The notes beneath the pieces were generated by a model, which was given only the letters and a program-made list of their open reading frames with translations, searched no databases and had not been told where the DNA came from. From Candidatus Poribacteria bacterium (GTDB taxonomy: Bacteria; Poribacteria; WGA-4E; WGA-3G): 64,000 bases of DNA. Location of the stretch: the NCBI GenBank assembly GCA_965198235.1, contig OZ240248.1, positions 416,001 to 480,000 of the forward strand, written 5' to 3'. A program made the translations under genes and the position numbers. Shown here piece after piece: positions 20,339-29,705 of the stretch; position 1 is the stretch's first letter; each line of letters begins with the position of its first letter.

Positions 20339-21682
20339 TCAGATTTCAGATCGATCTACGGGGTCAATAGGATCCAGGTTGTTGAGTGCCTCTGCATAGA
20401 CCTGTCGGAGTGGGACGTTGTTTCGTTCCGCAAGCCGTTTGCAGTCCTCATATTCCGGGACGGTCTTGATAAGGGTGCCGTTGAGATACCCACGTTTCGC
20501 TTGGATTGTTCCCCACTGCGTCTCGACTTGGGTGAAGTCTCGACGTAGTTTGACCCGATTGGCGGAAGAGAGCCTGACACCAAAGGTCGTGGTTTCGGTG
20601 AGCAAGAGTTCGATGAGTTTATCGCGGCGCGCAGTAGGACAGAGGACAGTTATCTGTGTGGCGGGTCTGTTCTTTTTCATGAAAACCGGTGTAAGAAAGA
20701 CATCAAGCGCGCCGTGTTCAAAGAGTTGAGAGGCGACATACCCCGTAATCTCTGGTGACATATCGTCTACATTGGTCTCAATAATGTCCACACTGTCAGT
20801 TTCGGCATGATGTTGGGGCGTTTGTGAACTGCTACTTGAGATTTTTTCACCGAGGCAGAGTCGGAGGAGGTTTGGTCGTTGTTCGAGGTCGCGGGTGCCA
20901 GCACCGTATCCGACGCGATCCAATCGCATTTGGGGCATAACACCGAATTCCTGTGATAACGTCGTAATGAGTGCCGCTCCAGTCGGCGTTACCAGTTCCT
21001 TTGGTATGTCGGTTTGATGAATCGGAACACCTTTTAGGAGTTCCATTGTGCCGGGGACAGGAACGGGCATGAGTCCATGGGCACATCGGACAAAGCCTCT
21101 ACCGAGAGAGAGCGGTGATGCGTAAACCGCGTCAACGTCCAGATACGCCAAACCGATGACAGACCCTACGATGTCCACAATTGAATCGATCCCACTCACC
21201 TCGTGGAGATGAACGTTGGCTTTGCTCATATTGTGAACCTTCGCCTCTGCTTCAGCGAGCCGGTCGAAGACGCGTTTCGCGGTATCCCGAATTTCTGGGT
21301 CTAAATCGCTGTCATCAAGCAATTTGAAAATATCAGAGAGGTGGCGAGTCGGTCCGTGATCGTGGTGATGCCCGTGATCGTGAGTAGGGTGATGTGTATG
21401 TTCGTGATCGTGGTGATGTTCGTGGTCATGGTGACGTGCATGCCCATGCTCGTGATGTGAATCGGCGTGTGAGGTGTGTGCAGGGTGCACCTCTACAATC
21501 GCTCTGGTACCGGTAATGCCGTGTTTCGTGGCTTTTTCAAAGTGTAGACTGAACTCGGCATCAAGTTTGAGCGTAGACAATCCCTCTGCAAGCATTTCCG
21601 GTGGTACACCGGCATCGACGAGGGCACCAAGCGTCATGTCGCCGCTAATGCCTGAGAAGCAGTCGAAATACGCGATCTTCAT
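20339..21682 (-). CDS. larC: Nickel pincer cofactor biosynthesis protein LarC
   Basis: YFDCFSGISGDM, His-rich tract, HLHEV, ETNVDD, MKKNRP, PEYEDC. Confidence 0.93.
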   Translation of the reverse strand: MKIAYFDCFSGISGDMTLGALVDAGVPPEMLAEGLSTLKLDAEFSLHFEKATKHGITGTRAIVEVHPAHTSHADSHHEHGHARHHDHEHHHDHEHTHHPTHDHGHHHDHGPTRHLSDIFKLLDDSDLDPEIRDTAKRVFDRLAEAEAKVHNMSKANVHLHEVSGIDSIVDIVGSVIGLAYLDVDAVYASPLSLGRGFVRCAHGLMPVPVPGTMELLKGVPIHQTDIPKELVTPTGAALITTLSQEFGVMPQMRLDRVGYGAGTRDLEQRPNLLRLCLGEKISSSSSQTPQHHAETDSVDIIETNVDDMSPEITGYVASQLFEHGALDVFLTPVFMKKNRPATQITVLCPTARRDKLIELLLTETTTFGVRLSSANRVKLRRDFTQVETQWGTIQAKRGYLNGTLIKTVPEYEDCKRLAERNNVPLRQVYAEALNNLDPIDPVDRSEI

Positions 21683-21885
21683 TGCATTTACACTCCTTTA
21701 GATTTTCGGTGGAGATTCAGTTACGCCCGAAACGTACAGACTGGATTGTGCGCGGATCGTGAGCAAAGATCGCTCCTACAGCAGAGTAACTATCAGCCAT
21801 CAGCAGTCAGGAAAAAAATCCCTTTGCTGACGGTTTCCGATAGCCATTCCTCTGAAAACCGAAAGCCGACGGCTGATAGCCAATA

Positions 21886-23520
21886 CTAAAAGTCTTGAAG
21901 TAAGTCCTGGAGCAGTGTTTTGGAGTCGTGGCGTTTGAGCTTAACAATAGCTTCAGCCTCTATCTGTCGGACACGTTCACGACTAATCCGAAGTTTGTCC
22001 CCGATGTCCGCTAAAGTATACTCGGTGCCGTCCATTAAGCCGTATCGCAGAATGATCACCTGTGTTTCACGAGGATTGAGGGTTCGGTTGAGGACCTCTG
22101 TGATAACTTCGACTTTGGCATAATCGAGCAGGTAGTTTTCAGGCGTAATTTGGGATTGATCCGGAATAAGTTCGGAAAACGAGCCGTCCGGAGAGTCTTC
22201 ATTGATTGGTGCATCGAGCGGAACAGGATCTTTTGTGGCGTTGAAAATTTCGGAAACCTTTTTTTCTGTAAGTTCGACTTCTTTCGCGATTTCAGTCGTA
22301 GTCGGTTCGCGTCCGAGTTGGGTTGTCAGATCTGATTGTGCCTGCTTAATGGCGCGACGGGCTTCGCCGATATAGCATGGAACACGGATCATCTGCCCTT
22401 GCTGATCGAGGGCACGCTTGATAGATTGCATAATCCACCAAGTGGCGTAAGTGCTGAATCGGAATCGGAGGGTGTGGTCAAACTTATCTACGGCTCGCAT
22501 CAATCCGAGGCTGCCTTCCTGCATCAAATCAAGGAAGGTTAAGGATGTTTTACTAAAGTGATGTTGTTTGGCGATGCTGGCAACGAGGCGAAGATTCGCT
22601 TCAACAATTTTTAGTTTCGTTCCATGTGTGACTTGGTCTGCTGCTTCCAATTGTTCCGCCAACCACTTGACATGTGCAAATTCCCTTCGGACATCTTCAA
22701 GTACAAACCGAAGTGTATGTGGCTTGCAGGTAGTTGCCCGTTCCACTAACATATCGGTAGGTAGTTTCTCCAAGAGCATTTCAATTTCGTGGCGGATAAC
22801 GTCAAATTCCTGAAAAGCCGAGGATTCCTGTTCTTTGTCAAAACATGCTGCTGTGATATGAGAGAGTTCGAGGATCTGATGTGCTTCTGCCAAAGGGAAT
22901 TCAGCTTGTCGTTGCTGCGCTTTCGTCGTTTTTTTGTTGAAGGTATTGATGTTGCTGCGAATCGCTTTGCGGGCGTATGCCCGAAATTCGGTGCCACGTT
23001 TTGTATCGCTATCGTCAATGGCTTTCAAGAGTCCGAGGCTGCCCATCTGCATCAATTCGGGCGATGCGGTGGTGTCAACATACTTTTTTAGGAGATGTAA
23101 GTTCCCTTCAAAGATTTTCCAGCGTGTCTGTTCTAACAAATTCGCCTTCGCTTCTAATTTTTCCAATAGGACGCCAAGTGCTTGGATTTCGGCGCGGACC
23201 CGGTCTATAATTAATCCGTGTTCTGATTGTGGGTGTTCTAATTTTTGGCTTCTGTTTGCAGTACGGTTCTCAGTGATGTTAAGCGAGACTATCATCCAAT
23301 CTGGGAATTGATTTAGCAGGGTGGTAAACGCTTGGAAACCTTCTCGGTATTTTTCAAAGAGTGCAGTTTCCTGCTCAGGTTCCAACAACGGGGTCTTCGC
23401 AATCTTCTGTAGGTACGCAAAGGTCTCATCTCTTGGTGATTCTGTAGGGTTCTCTTCCCTCTCCTCATCCTCTGCAAAAAGTTCAGATTCTACCGGGTAT
23501 GCTGGGTAATAGTCTCTCAT
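21886..23520 (-). CDS. Sigma-70 family RNA polymerase sigma factor with a duplicated 1.2/2 region
   Basis: EANLRLV, DLMQEGSLGL, FSTYATWW, SRERVRQIE; additional degenerate region 2 upstream. Confidence 0.9.
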   Translation of the reverse strand: MRDYYPAYPVESELFAEDEEREENPTESPRDETFAYLQKIAKTPLLEPEQETALFEKYREGFQAFTTLLNQFPDWMIVSLNITENRTANRSQKLEHPQSEHGLIIDRVRAEIQALGVLLEKLEAKANLLEQTRWKIFEGNLHLLKKYVDTTASPELMQMGSLGLLKAIDDSDTKRGTEFRAYARKAIRSNINTFNKKTTKAQQRQAEFPLAEAHQILELSHITAACFDKEQESSAFQEFDVIRHEIEMLLEKLPTDMLVERATTCKPHTLRFVLEDVRREFAHVKWLAEQLEAADQVTHGTKLKIVEANLRLVASIAKQHHFSKTSLTFLDLMQEGSLGLMRAVDKFDHTLRFRFSTYATWWIMQSIKRALDQQGQMIRVPCYIGEARRAIKQAQSDLTTQLGREPTTTEIAKEVELTEKKVSEIFNATKDPVPLDAPINEDSPDGSFSELIPDQSQITPENYLLDYAKVEVITEVLNRTLNPRETQVIILRYGLMDGTEYTLADIGDKLRISRERVRQIEAEAIVKLKRHDSKTLLQDLLQDF

Positions 23521-23727
23521 GTCTTCACCTCACTGTAGCCTCGATCTCCCGAACGAGATGTTTTTTATGGTTGCCTAACATAGCAAAAATTATCAAAAAA
23601 GGTTTAACTTTTAATTGTGTATGTGGTATGCTATTAAACACAACCTACTCGTATATCTGCTGGATAATATGATTGGCTTGCAAGCAGCCCCCTAAAACGC
23701 CGTATAACGATTGGAGGCAGTTAATTA

Positions 23728-24303
23728 ATGGCTCAACTCACACAAAATGAAATAATTAAAAAGTGTCAAGCCCGTGAATCTTTTTCTGGTGAAAATCTTG
23801 CAAACTTAGATTTAACGAATCAACCGCTCGTAGGTGTTGATTTATCGGAAGCGGATTTGAGCGGTACTGATCTGCGGAACGCGGATTTAACGGATGCGAA
23901 TCTGAACGATGCGAATCTCACCGGTGCGAACCTTTCCGGTGCAACCTTACATCGGACGTATCTCGTCGGTGCTAATTTAACAGATACCACTCTCGAGGAA
24001 GCGAACCTATGTGGGGCATTCCTCAGCGGAAGTTTGCTGTGTGGCACTAATTTCCGCCGTGCTGATCTGCGTCGTGCTACCCTCGGTTGTCCAAGATGCG
24101 AGGTGCCGGGACCTTTCGGTTCACTCACCAGTTTTGAGAACGCGAACCTCGAAGAGGCGATTTTCGGTGAAATCAAACTGATAGGTGTTGTCTTACTCGG
24201 TGCCAATTTCAAAGATGCGTATCTATATGAGGTTGACCTCTCTGAAGCCGTTTATCGCGAAGCTGATCTTGAAGGTGCTATCACCAAAAAAGGACGAAAT
24301 TAA
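23728..24303 (+). CDS. Pentapeptide repeat protein
   Basis: A(D/N)LxG repeats; SD GGAGG. Confidence 0.9.
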   Translation: MAQLTQNEIIKKCQARESFSGENLANLDLTNQPLVGVDLSEADLSGTDLRNADLTDANLNDANLTGANLSGATLHRTYLVGANLTDTTLEEANLCGAFLSGSLLCGTNFRRADLRRATLGCPRCEVPGPFGSLTSFENANLEEAIFGEIKLIGVVLLGANFKDAYLYEVDLSEAVYREADLEGAITKKGRN

Positions 24304-24589
24304 GCAGCAAATCTTTTTGTTTTTCCCCAGCGTCTATTACCAATTTTGTCCATGTAGTTTCGATCTACAGGTTCCATCTATCACTCGGGAATTGGGGCTG
24401 CAAAAATTGTATAACACTTACCACGTTCTTCTAATATGTGTGACGTTAACAAGGGGTAAGAGGTTTACCTAAATTGCATTTTTTTTATAGTTTCGACAAT
24501 TTACTTGTGATTTTTTATAGGCGAGTAACTTTACACAGAAGCAGCGTTGTGGTTACAAGCCTCACCTATAACCCTAACACTCTTTAGGG

Positions 24590-26509
24590 TTAACTTAACT
24601 GCATTTCGCAGAGTTTTTGATATAATCCTCCCCTTGCTAACAGTGTTTCGTGTGTTCCAGTTTCCAGAATTTCCCCATCCTTGATAACGAGAATCTTGTC
24701 AGCCCGGACAACGGTTGAAAGTCGGTGAGCAATAATAAAGCAGGTTCTCCCTTCCATCAGGTTTACCAGCGATTCTTGGATGAGGGCTTCAGACTGTGTA
24801 TCCAATGAGGACGTGGCTTCATCTAAGATGAGAATCGGTGCATCTTTTAAGAGCGCACGGGCGATAGACAAGCGCTGCTGTTCACCTCCTGAGAGCTTCA
24901 TGCCCGCTTCACCTACGGGGGTCGTGTAACCTTGCGGGGTTTTTGTAATAAATTCGTGAGCATTTGCCTTTTTCGCTGCTGCGATAATCGCCTCATCAGT
25001 GGCACCCGGGCATCCGTAGCCGATGTTTTCCAAAATCGTGCCATCAAATAGGAACGTGTCCTGTGGAACAAGTGCAATGTTTTGTCGCAATGACTCCAAA
25101 TTTCCTTCGGAAATAGAGACATCGTCGATCAAAATCTTCCCAGAACTCACCTCATAGAAACGCAACAGTAGGTTGAGAAGGGTTGTCTTTCCACTGCCAC
25201 TCGGTCCGACAAGTGCTACAACTTCCCCCGGCTTTGCCTCAAAGGTTACATTGTCAATGACAGGTTTCGACCTTGTGTGCCGATTATCCGAATTTGTTGT
25301 TAAAGGCTGCGAGTAAGAAAAAGAGACGTTCTGAAATGTGACGGTGCCATGGATATTTTGCAGTTGAATCCCGCCTGTTGCGTCCTCAGACTTCGTATGG
25401 AGATTATACTGACGTTCGTCGTTCTCCTCATGCATCTCTGGTCCGAAGTCAAGGAGATAAAAGATCCGTTCCGCAGAGACGAGGCACTGTTGTAAAGCAC
25501 TGTTGACGCTGCCAATCGTTTTAATCGGCTTGAACATCCAGCTTACCATCGTAACGTAGCCGATAAACCATCCTGTGGAGAGTTGTCCTATAATGACTTG
25601 CCAGCAGCCTAATCCGAAAACAGTTGCAACACCGAGGGCTCCCAACCATTCGATCGTTGGTGGGAGAAGTGCTGCGAAACGGGCGCGTCGGACCGCTGAG
25701 CAGTACTGGTTCCAGTTGATGGCTTGGAAACGTTTGATTTCAGCATGTTCAGAGGTAAAACTTTTGATGATTTTGATACCGCTAAGCGTCTCTTTGAGTT
25801 GTGAATAGATATTCGCACTCTGTTGCTGAATTTCTATGCTGGCACCGCGAATTCGCGCGCCGATAGATGTGATGAAGTAAGCAAGAAATGGGAAAATAAG
25901 CAGGACGAACAGCGTGAGTTTGAAGCTTGTGATCAGCATTACAGAGCCAAAGACACCCACGAGAACAACAGCGCGGACAATGTTCGCCATCGCGGCGACG
26001 AGAGTTTGCCACACCCGGACATCGTCTGTGATGCGTGCCATGAGATCACCGGTGCGTTCTTCGCGTAAGATGCCTAAGGGTGCGGATACGATTCGCTCGT
26101 AAAGGGCACTCCGCAGCCGAAAAGCCAGTTTGTGCCCAACGCGCGCCATCACGTAATCGTTGCCGTAAACGAAGAAACCTTTGATGAATACGAGGATAAG
26201 CAATCCGCCTAACAGCCATAGGAAGGCTTTGAATGCATCACCGGCATCCGTCAATGAAATTTCGAGCCCTTCAAAAGCGAACATACCTTCGCGCTGGAAG
26301 TACCGGATGGATACAGTTTCGTTGAATGCGTTTCCACCGACAATTTCAAGCGTGTTAATCGTATCGGCTAAAATTTGAATAGCCCCTAAGTCGCACACGG
26401 CAACTACCAAGGCAAAAGCCATCGCTAAGAGAAGAGAGCCGGTGTAGGGTGCGTGATACCCGACAAATCGGGTAAAGGTTGGGTTTTTTGTGAAAGGTTT
26501 TTTGTCCAT
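24590..26509 (-). CDS. MsbA-like ABC exporter (TMD+NBD)
   Basis: GPSGSGKT, LSGGEQQR, LDEATS, IAHRLST. Confidence 0.92.
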   Translation of the reverse strand: MDKKPFTKNPTFTRFVGYHAPYTGSLLLAMAFALVVAVCDLGAIQILADTINTLEIVGGNAFNETVSIRYFQREGMFAFEGLEISLTDAGDAFKAFLWLLGGLLILVFIKGFFVYGNDYVMARVGHKLAFRLRSALYERIVSAPLGILREERTGDLMARITDDVRVWQTLVAAMANIVRAVVLVGVFGSVMLITSFKLTLFVLLIFPFLAYFITSIGARIRGASIEIQQQSANIYSQLKETLSGIKIIKSFTSEHAEIKRFQAINWNQYCSAVRRARFAALLPPTIEWLGALGVATVFGLGCWQVIIGQLSTGWFIGYVTMVSWMFKPIKTIGSVNSALQQCLVSAERIFYLLDFGPEMHEENDERQYNLHTKSEDATGGIQLQNIHGTVTFQNVSFSYSQPLTTNSDNRHTRSKPVIDNVTFEAKPGEVVALVGPSGSGKTTLLNLLLRFYEVSSGKILIDDVSISEGNLESLRQNIALVPQDTFLFDGTILENIGYGCPGATDEAIIAAAKKANAHEFITKTPQGYTTPVGEAGMKLSGGEQQRLSIARALLKDAPILILDEATSSLDTQSEALIQESLVNLMEGRTCFIIAHRLSTVVRADKILVIKDGEILETGTHETLLARGGLYQKLCEMQLS

Positions 26510-26582
26510 GCCGAGTCTGTCTGTTGGGTTTCACCTTCGGTTCAACCTGGGGGAAACACCCAAGCGAAAACCCCTACTTGCT

Positions 26583-27734
26583 TTATTTCAGTTGGTAATT
26601 ACCAAATTGGATGGCACATGCCTGCTTCGCGGCATCAGTTTTACACCGGATACTGAATTCTCGCTTTTGGAAATCGACAGTTTCAATGATCCCGATGGCG
26701 TAGGTATTACCGGTAGTGTCGATTAATCCAATCAAACGGTGTTGAAAATAAGCGCGGACTTCTGCTGTGACGTGCGTCAAACTTAAATAGTTTTTGATAT
26801 GTGTGGTAGCCGCTTTGGAAAGTGGTTTTGACGCAATGAGGCACAAGGTGCGATGTCCCCATTCGGCGTGGTAAACTTGCGTCTCCACGAGTCGGGAGAG
26901 GATTTCTAATTCCTTCTCATTTGCGACGCGCCCGATAAAGAAAGGGGTGCGCCCACCGCGAATCTGTTCAAATGGTAGGTATTGGATGCTATTTTCGGAC
27001 TTTTGTGGAACAAGTTCTGTATCGCAAGTTTCGCCACTTTCAACGGCAGGCTTTGGAAACCCGCAAGCTACGCCACTTTCAACAGCAAGCTTTGGCTTGC
27101 AAGCTACGCCAAAGTAGGCATCAAATCGGGCTTTTCGGTATCGGCTGCGCGCCTTGCTACTTTTAGATCGAATGTTTCGGTGTGGAAGCAGGTAGTGAAT
27201 GTTGAGCCAGTCCTGTTGGCTGTAGCATGCGGTTATCTGTTCCAATTCGCCGGAACGACCGATGCATACCACGTGGTTCGGTTTGATGAGCTCAATTTTG
27301 TGCTGTTTGAGAGTAACAGCGGGTGCGTCGTGAACGTAACCGCTCGTATCAACGACAATGAAATCAGCCTCGGTTTCACGTGCGCGATCTACCATTAACC
27401 GCGTCCCTGTTAGCACTTCAAGATAGTGCCCTCGTGGCGACAAATCCCCGACAAAATATAACTGATCAGCGATGCCATTGAACTGGACGGGGGAACTTTT
27501 TGGATCAAGGGATTTCATACCGATTGTCGTGGGAGGACCGATTTGAGATTGCCCGACATCTGTATCTACAAAAGCAGTTTTCAAACCCCGATCAATGGCA
27601 GAATCCGCCAAAAAACGGCAGAAGGTCGATTTTCCAACATCGGTTGACCCTATCACAAGTACAACCTGTTGAGATTTGACAATTCGACTCGCAAGTTTTT
27701 CCCAGTGTTGGTTAATTTGATACGTGTCATCCAT
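26583..27734 (-). CDS. Clp1/Grc3-family polynucleotide 5'-kinase
   Basis: GSTDVGKST, DTDVGQSQIGPP, DTSG, RxxYR lid. Confidence 0.85.
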   Translation of the reverse strand: MDDTYQINQHWEKLASRIVKSQQVVLVIGSTDVGKSTFCRFLADSAIDRGLKTAFVDTDVGQSQIGPPTTIGMKSLDPKSSPVQFNGIADQLYFVGDLSPRGHYLEVLTGTRLMVDRARETEADFIVVDTSGYVHDAPAVTLKQHKIELIKPNHVVCIGRSGELEQITACYSQQDWLNIHYLLPHRNIRSKSSKARSRYRKARFDAYFGVACKPKLAVESGVACGFPKPAVESGETCDTELVPQKSENSIQYLPFEQIRGGRTPFFIGRVANEKELEILSRLVETQVYHAEWGHRTLCLIASKPLSKAATTHIKNYLSLTHVTAEVRAYFQHRLIGLIDTTGNTYAIGIIETVDFQKREFSIRCKTDAAKQACAIQFGNYQLK

Positions 27735-27884
27735 TTTTTATGGCTTTCGGCTTGCTTCGCAGTGAGAACCATCAGCGGTCAGCAAGATGGCTTTCAGCTG
27801 TCAGCCTTCGGAAACCGTCAGTAAGAGAACCTCTTTGCTGACAAAAACTGAAAGCCGACGGCTGACGGTTATTGCTGCTGACGG

Positions 27885-28751
27885 CTATTTGCCAAGGCTC
27901 ATTTCATAACGAAAGGTGACACCGGGGAGGCTTAACATTTCATCCAAAGGGGGCATCTGTTTAATTCCGACGAGTTGTTCGAGCAGTGATGTCTTTTTTT
28001 CCTTACGTACGATCTTGGGTTTGCCTTCAATACCTGCTAACTCTCCGGCAGTTTCGATCGCATCATGGAGATTGCCGAGTTGGTCCAGTAGTTTTGAATC
28101 CAATGCCTGCTTCCCAGAGAAAATTCGTCCATCTGCGAGTTCAACGATTTCGGCGCGCGTTAAGAGACTCCCTCGTGCCTCGAAGATTGTATCCACAAAT
28201 TGATTGTAAACATCGTCTACGGTGGATTGGAGCACTGCCCGTTCCCGTTCGGTCAACTCACGGAAGGGTGAACCCGTATCTTTAAAGTCGCCGCTCTTAA
28301 TGACCTGATGCCCTAAGCCGACTTTGTCGTATAAACCCTTTAGCTGCGTGAATTGCATGATAACGCCGATGCTACCTGTCAAGGTGCCGGGGTTTGCGAA
28401 GATTGTGTCGGCGGCACACGCGACGTAGTAGCCGCCAGATGCCGCACTGCCTCCCATTGAAGCGACTATCGGTTTTTCTATCTTCTCCAGTTCGCTGTAA
28501 ATCTCTTGGACCGGGGCGACACTGCCGCCGGGGGAGTCGATTCTAATTACAATTGCTTTGATACTCGGATCATCGCGGTAGGTGTGGATCAGTTTAATCG
28601 TGGCATCTGAGCCGGAGATAGTACCTGTAATGTCTACCACTGCGACCTTCTCTCCGATTGACACGTTGCTGCCTATTGAACGTAAAATCAGTAGCAAGAA
28701 GAATAGCACGATGATACTTCCTAAGATAATGTAAATACGTCTCTTTTTCAT
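27885..28751 (-). CDS. sppA: Signal peptide peptidase SppA (short form)
   Basis: RIDSPGG, AASGGYY, TGSIGV, DGRIFSG. Confidence 0.92.
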   Translation of the reverse strand: MKKRRIYIILGSIIVLFFLLLILRSIGSNVSIGEKVAVVDITGTISGSDATIKLIHTYRDDPSIKAIVIRIDSPGGSVAPVQEIYSELEKIEKPIVASMGGSAASGGYYVACAADTIFANPGTLTGSIGVIMQFTQLKGLYDKVGLGHQVIKSGDFKDTGSPFRELTERERAVLQSTVDDVYNQFVDTIFEARGSLLTRAEIVELADGRIFSGKQALDSKLLDQLGNLHDAIETAGELAGIEGKPKIVRKEKKTSLLEQLVGIKQMPPLDEMLSLPGVTFRYEMSLGK

Positions 28752-28915
28752 TTTTTTAACTATTAAGTTTTTTCTCCGATTGGTCTTACGGTTTCCCAAC
28801 CGGGTTTTCGATGCGTTTTTAGCGGCATCGGGGGTGATTAAAGGATTTATCGGTTATCAGTTGTCAGAAAGGCTTGCAATTCAGGGATCGTTTTACTTGG
28901 TAGCGAGACAGAGAG

Positions 28916-29683
28916 TTATTTGGAGCGGCGCGGTGCGAAGATGACCACCCAAAAGGTTTTTAGCAACCATCCTATATCAGCAGCGATGTTCTGTGTCGCA
29001 ACGTAGTGGAGATCCAATGCGAGCTTTTTTGGCATTAATTCCGTTATGTAGTAATGCTCTGTATCGAGTTGCCCTTTCAGTTTTTCCTCTTCATCGCGAT
29101 TAGCAAGTTGTGATGGACCGGTCATCCCTGGCTTTACTTGTAGCACCTGTTTCTGCGTCTGTGTGTAGTGCTTGACGTAATCGGGTGCTTCCGGACGCGG
29201 TCCAATGAGACTCATTTCACCTTTAATAACATTGATTAAGTTTGGGAGTTCGTCGAACTTCGTCCATCTCAAAAACCTGCCGATGGGTGTGATCCGTTCA
29301 TCTCTATAGGTTGTCAAGCTACCACCGAGCGTATCCGCATTTACTACCATAGTCCTGAATTTGTACATTTGAAAGATGATTTCGCCTCTGCCGACCCGTT
29401 TTGCTTTGTAAAATATGGGTCCTCTCGATTGCAATTTTGCGAGTAGACAACCAAAGAAAAAAAGGGGGGATAAAAGCACGAGTCCAATTGTCGCGAATAG
29501 GACATCGAACGTTCGTTTTGCCCAGTCACGTTTGGGTTCTATACCAACTTGGCTGTCGGCTTGCTTCGCAGTGAGAACTGTTCGGCTGTCGGCTATTTTG
29601 CTGACTGTCGACGGCTGATTGCTATTTTGCTGACGGCTGATGGCTGATGGCTGACTGCTATAAAAACACTTGGTATCGGGCAT
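28916..29683 (-). CDS. Bacterial sugar transferase (WcaJ/PglC-like phosphoglycosyltransferase)
   Basis: KRTFD, YKFRTM, KFDELP, GEMSLIGPRPE, KPGMTG; true start uncertain. Confidence 0.88.
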   Translation of the reverse strand: MPDTKCFYSSQPSAISRQQNSNQPSTVSKIADSRTVLTAKQADSQVGIEPKRDWAKRTFDVLFATIGLVLLSPLFFFGCLLAKLQSRGPIFYKAKRVGRGEIIFQMYKFRTMVVNADTLGGSLTTYRDERITPIGRFLRWTKFDELPNLINVIKGEMSLIGPRPEAPDYVKHYTQTQKQVLQVKPGMTGPSQLANRDEEEKLKGQLDTEHYYITELMPKKLALDLHYVATQNIAADIGWLLKTFWVVIFAPRRSK

Positions 29684-29705
29684 GTTATTACCCTACTTTG
29701 CAGGA

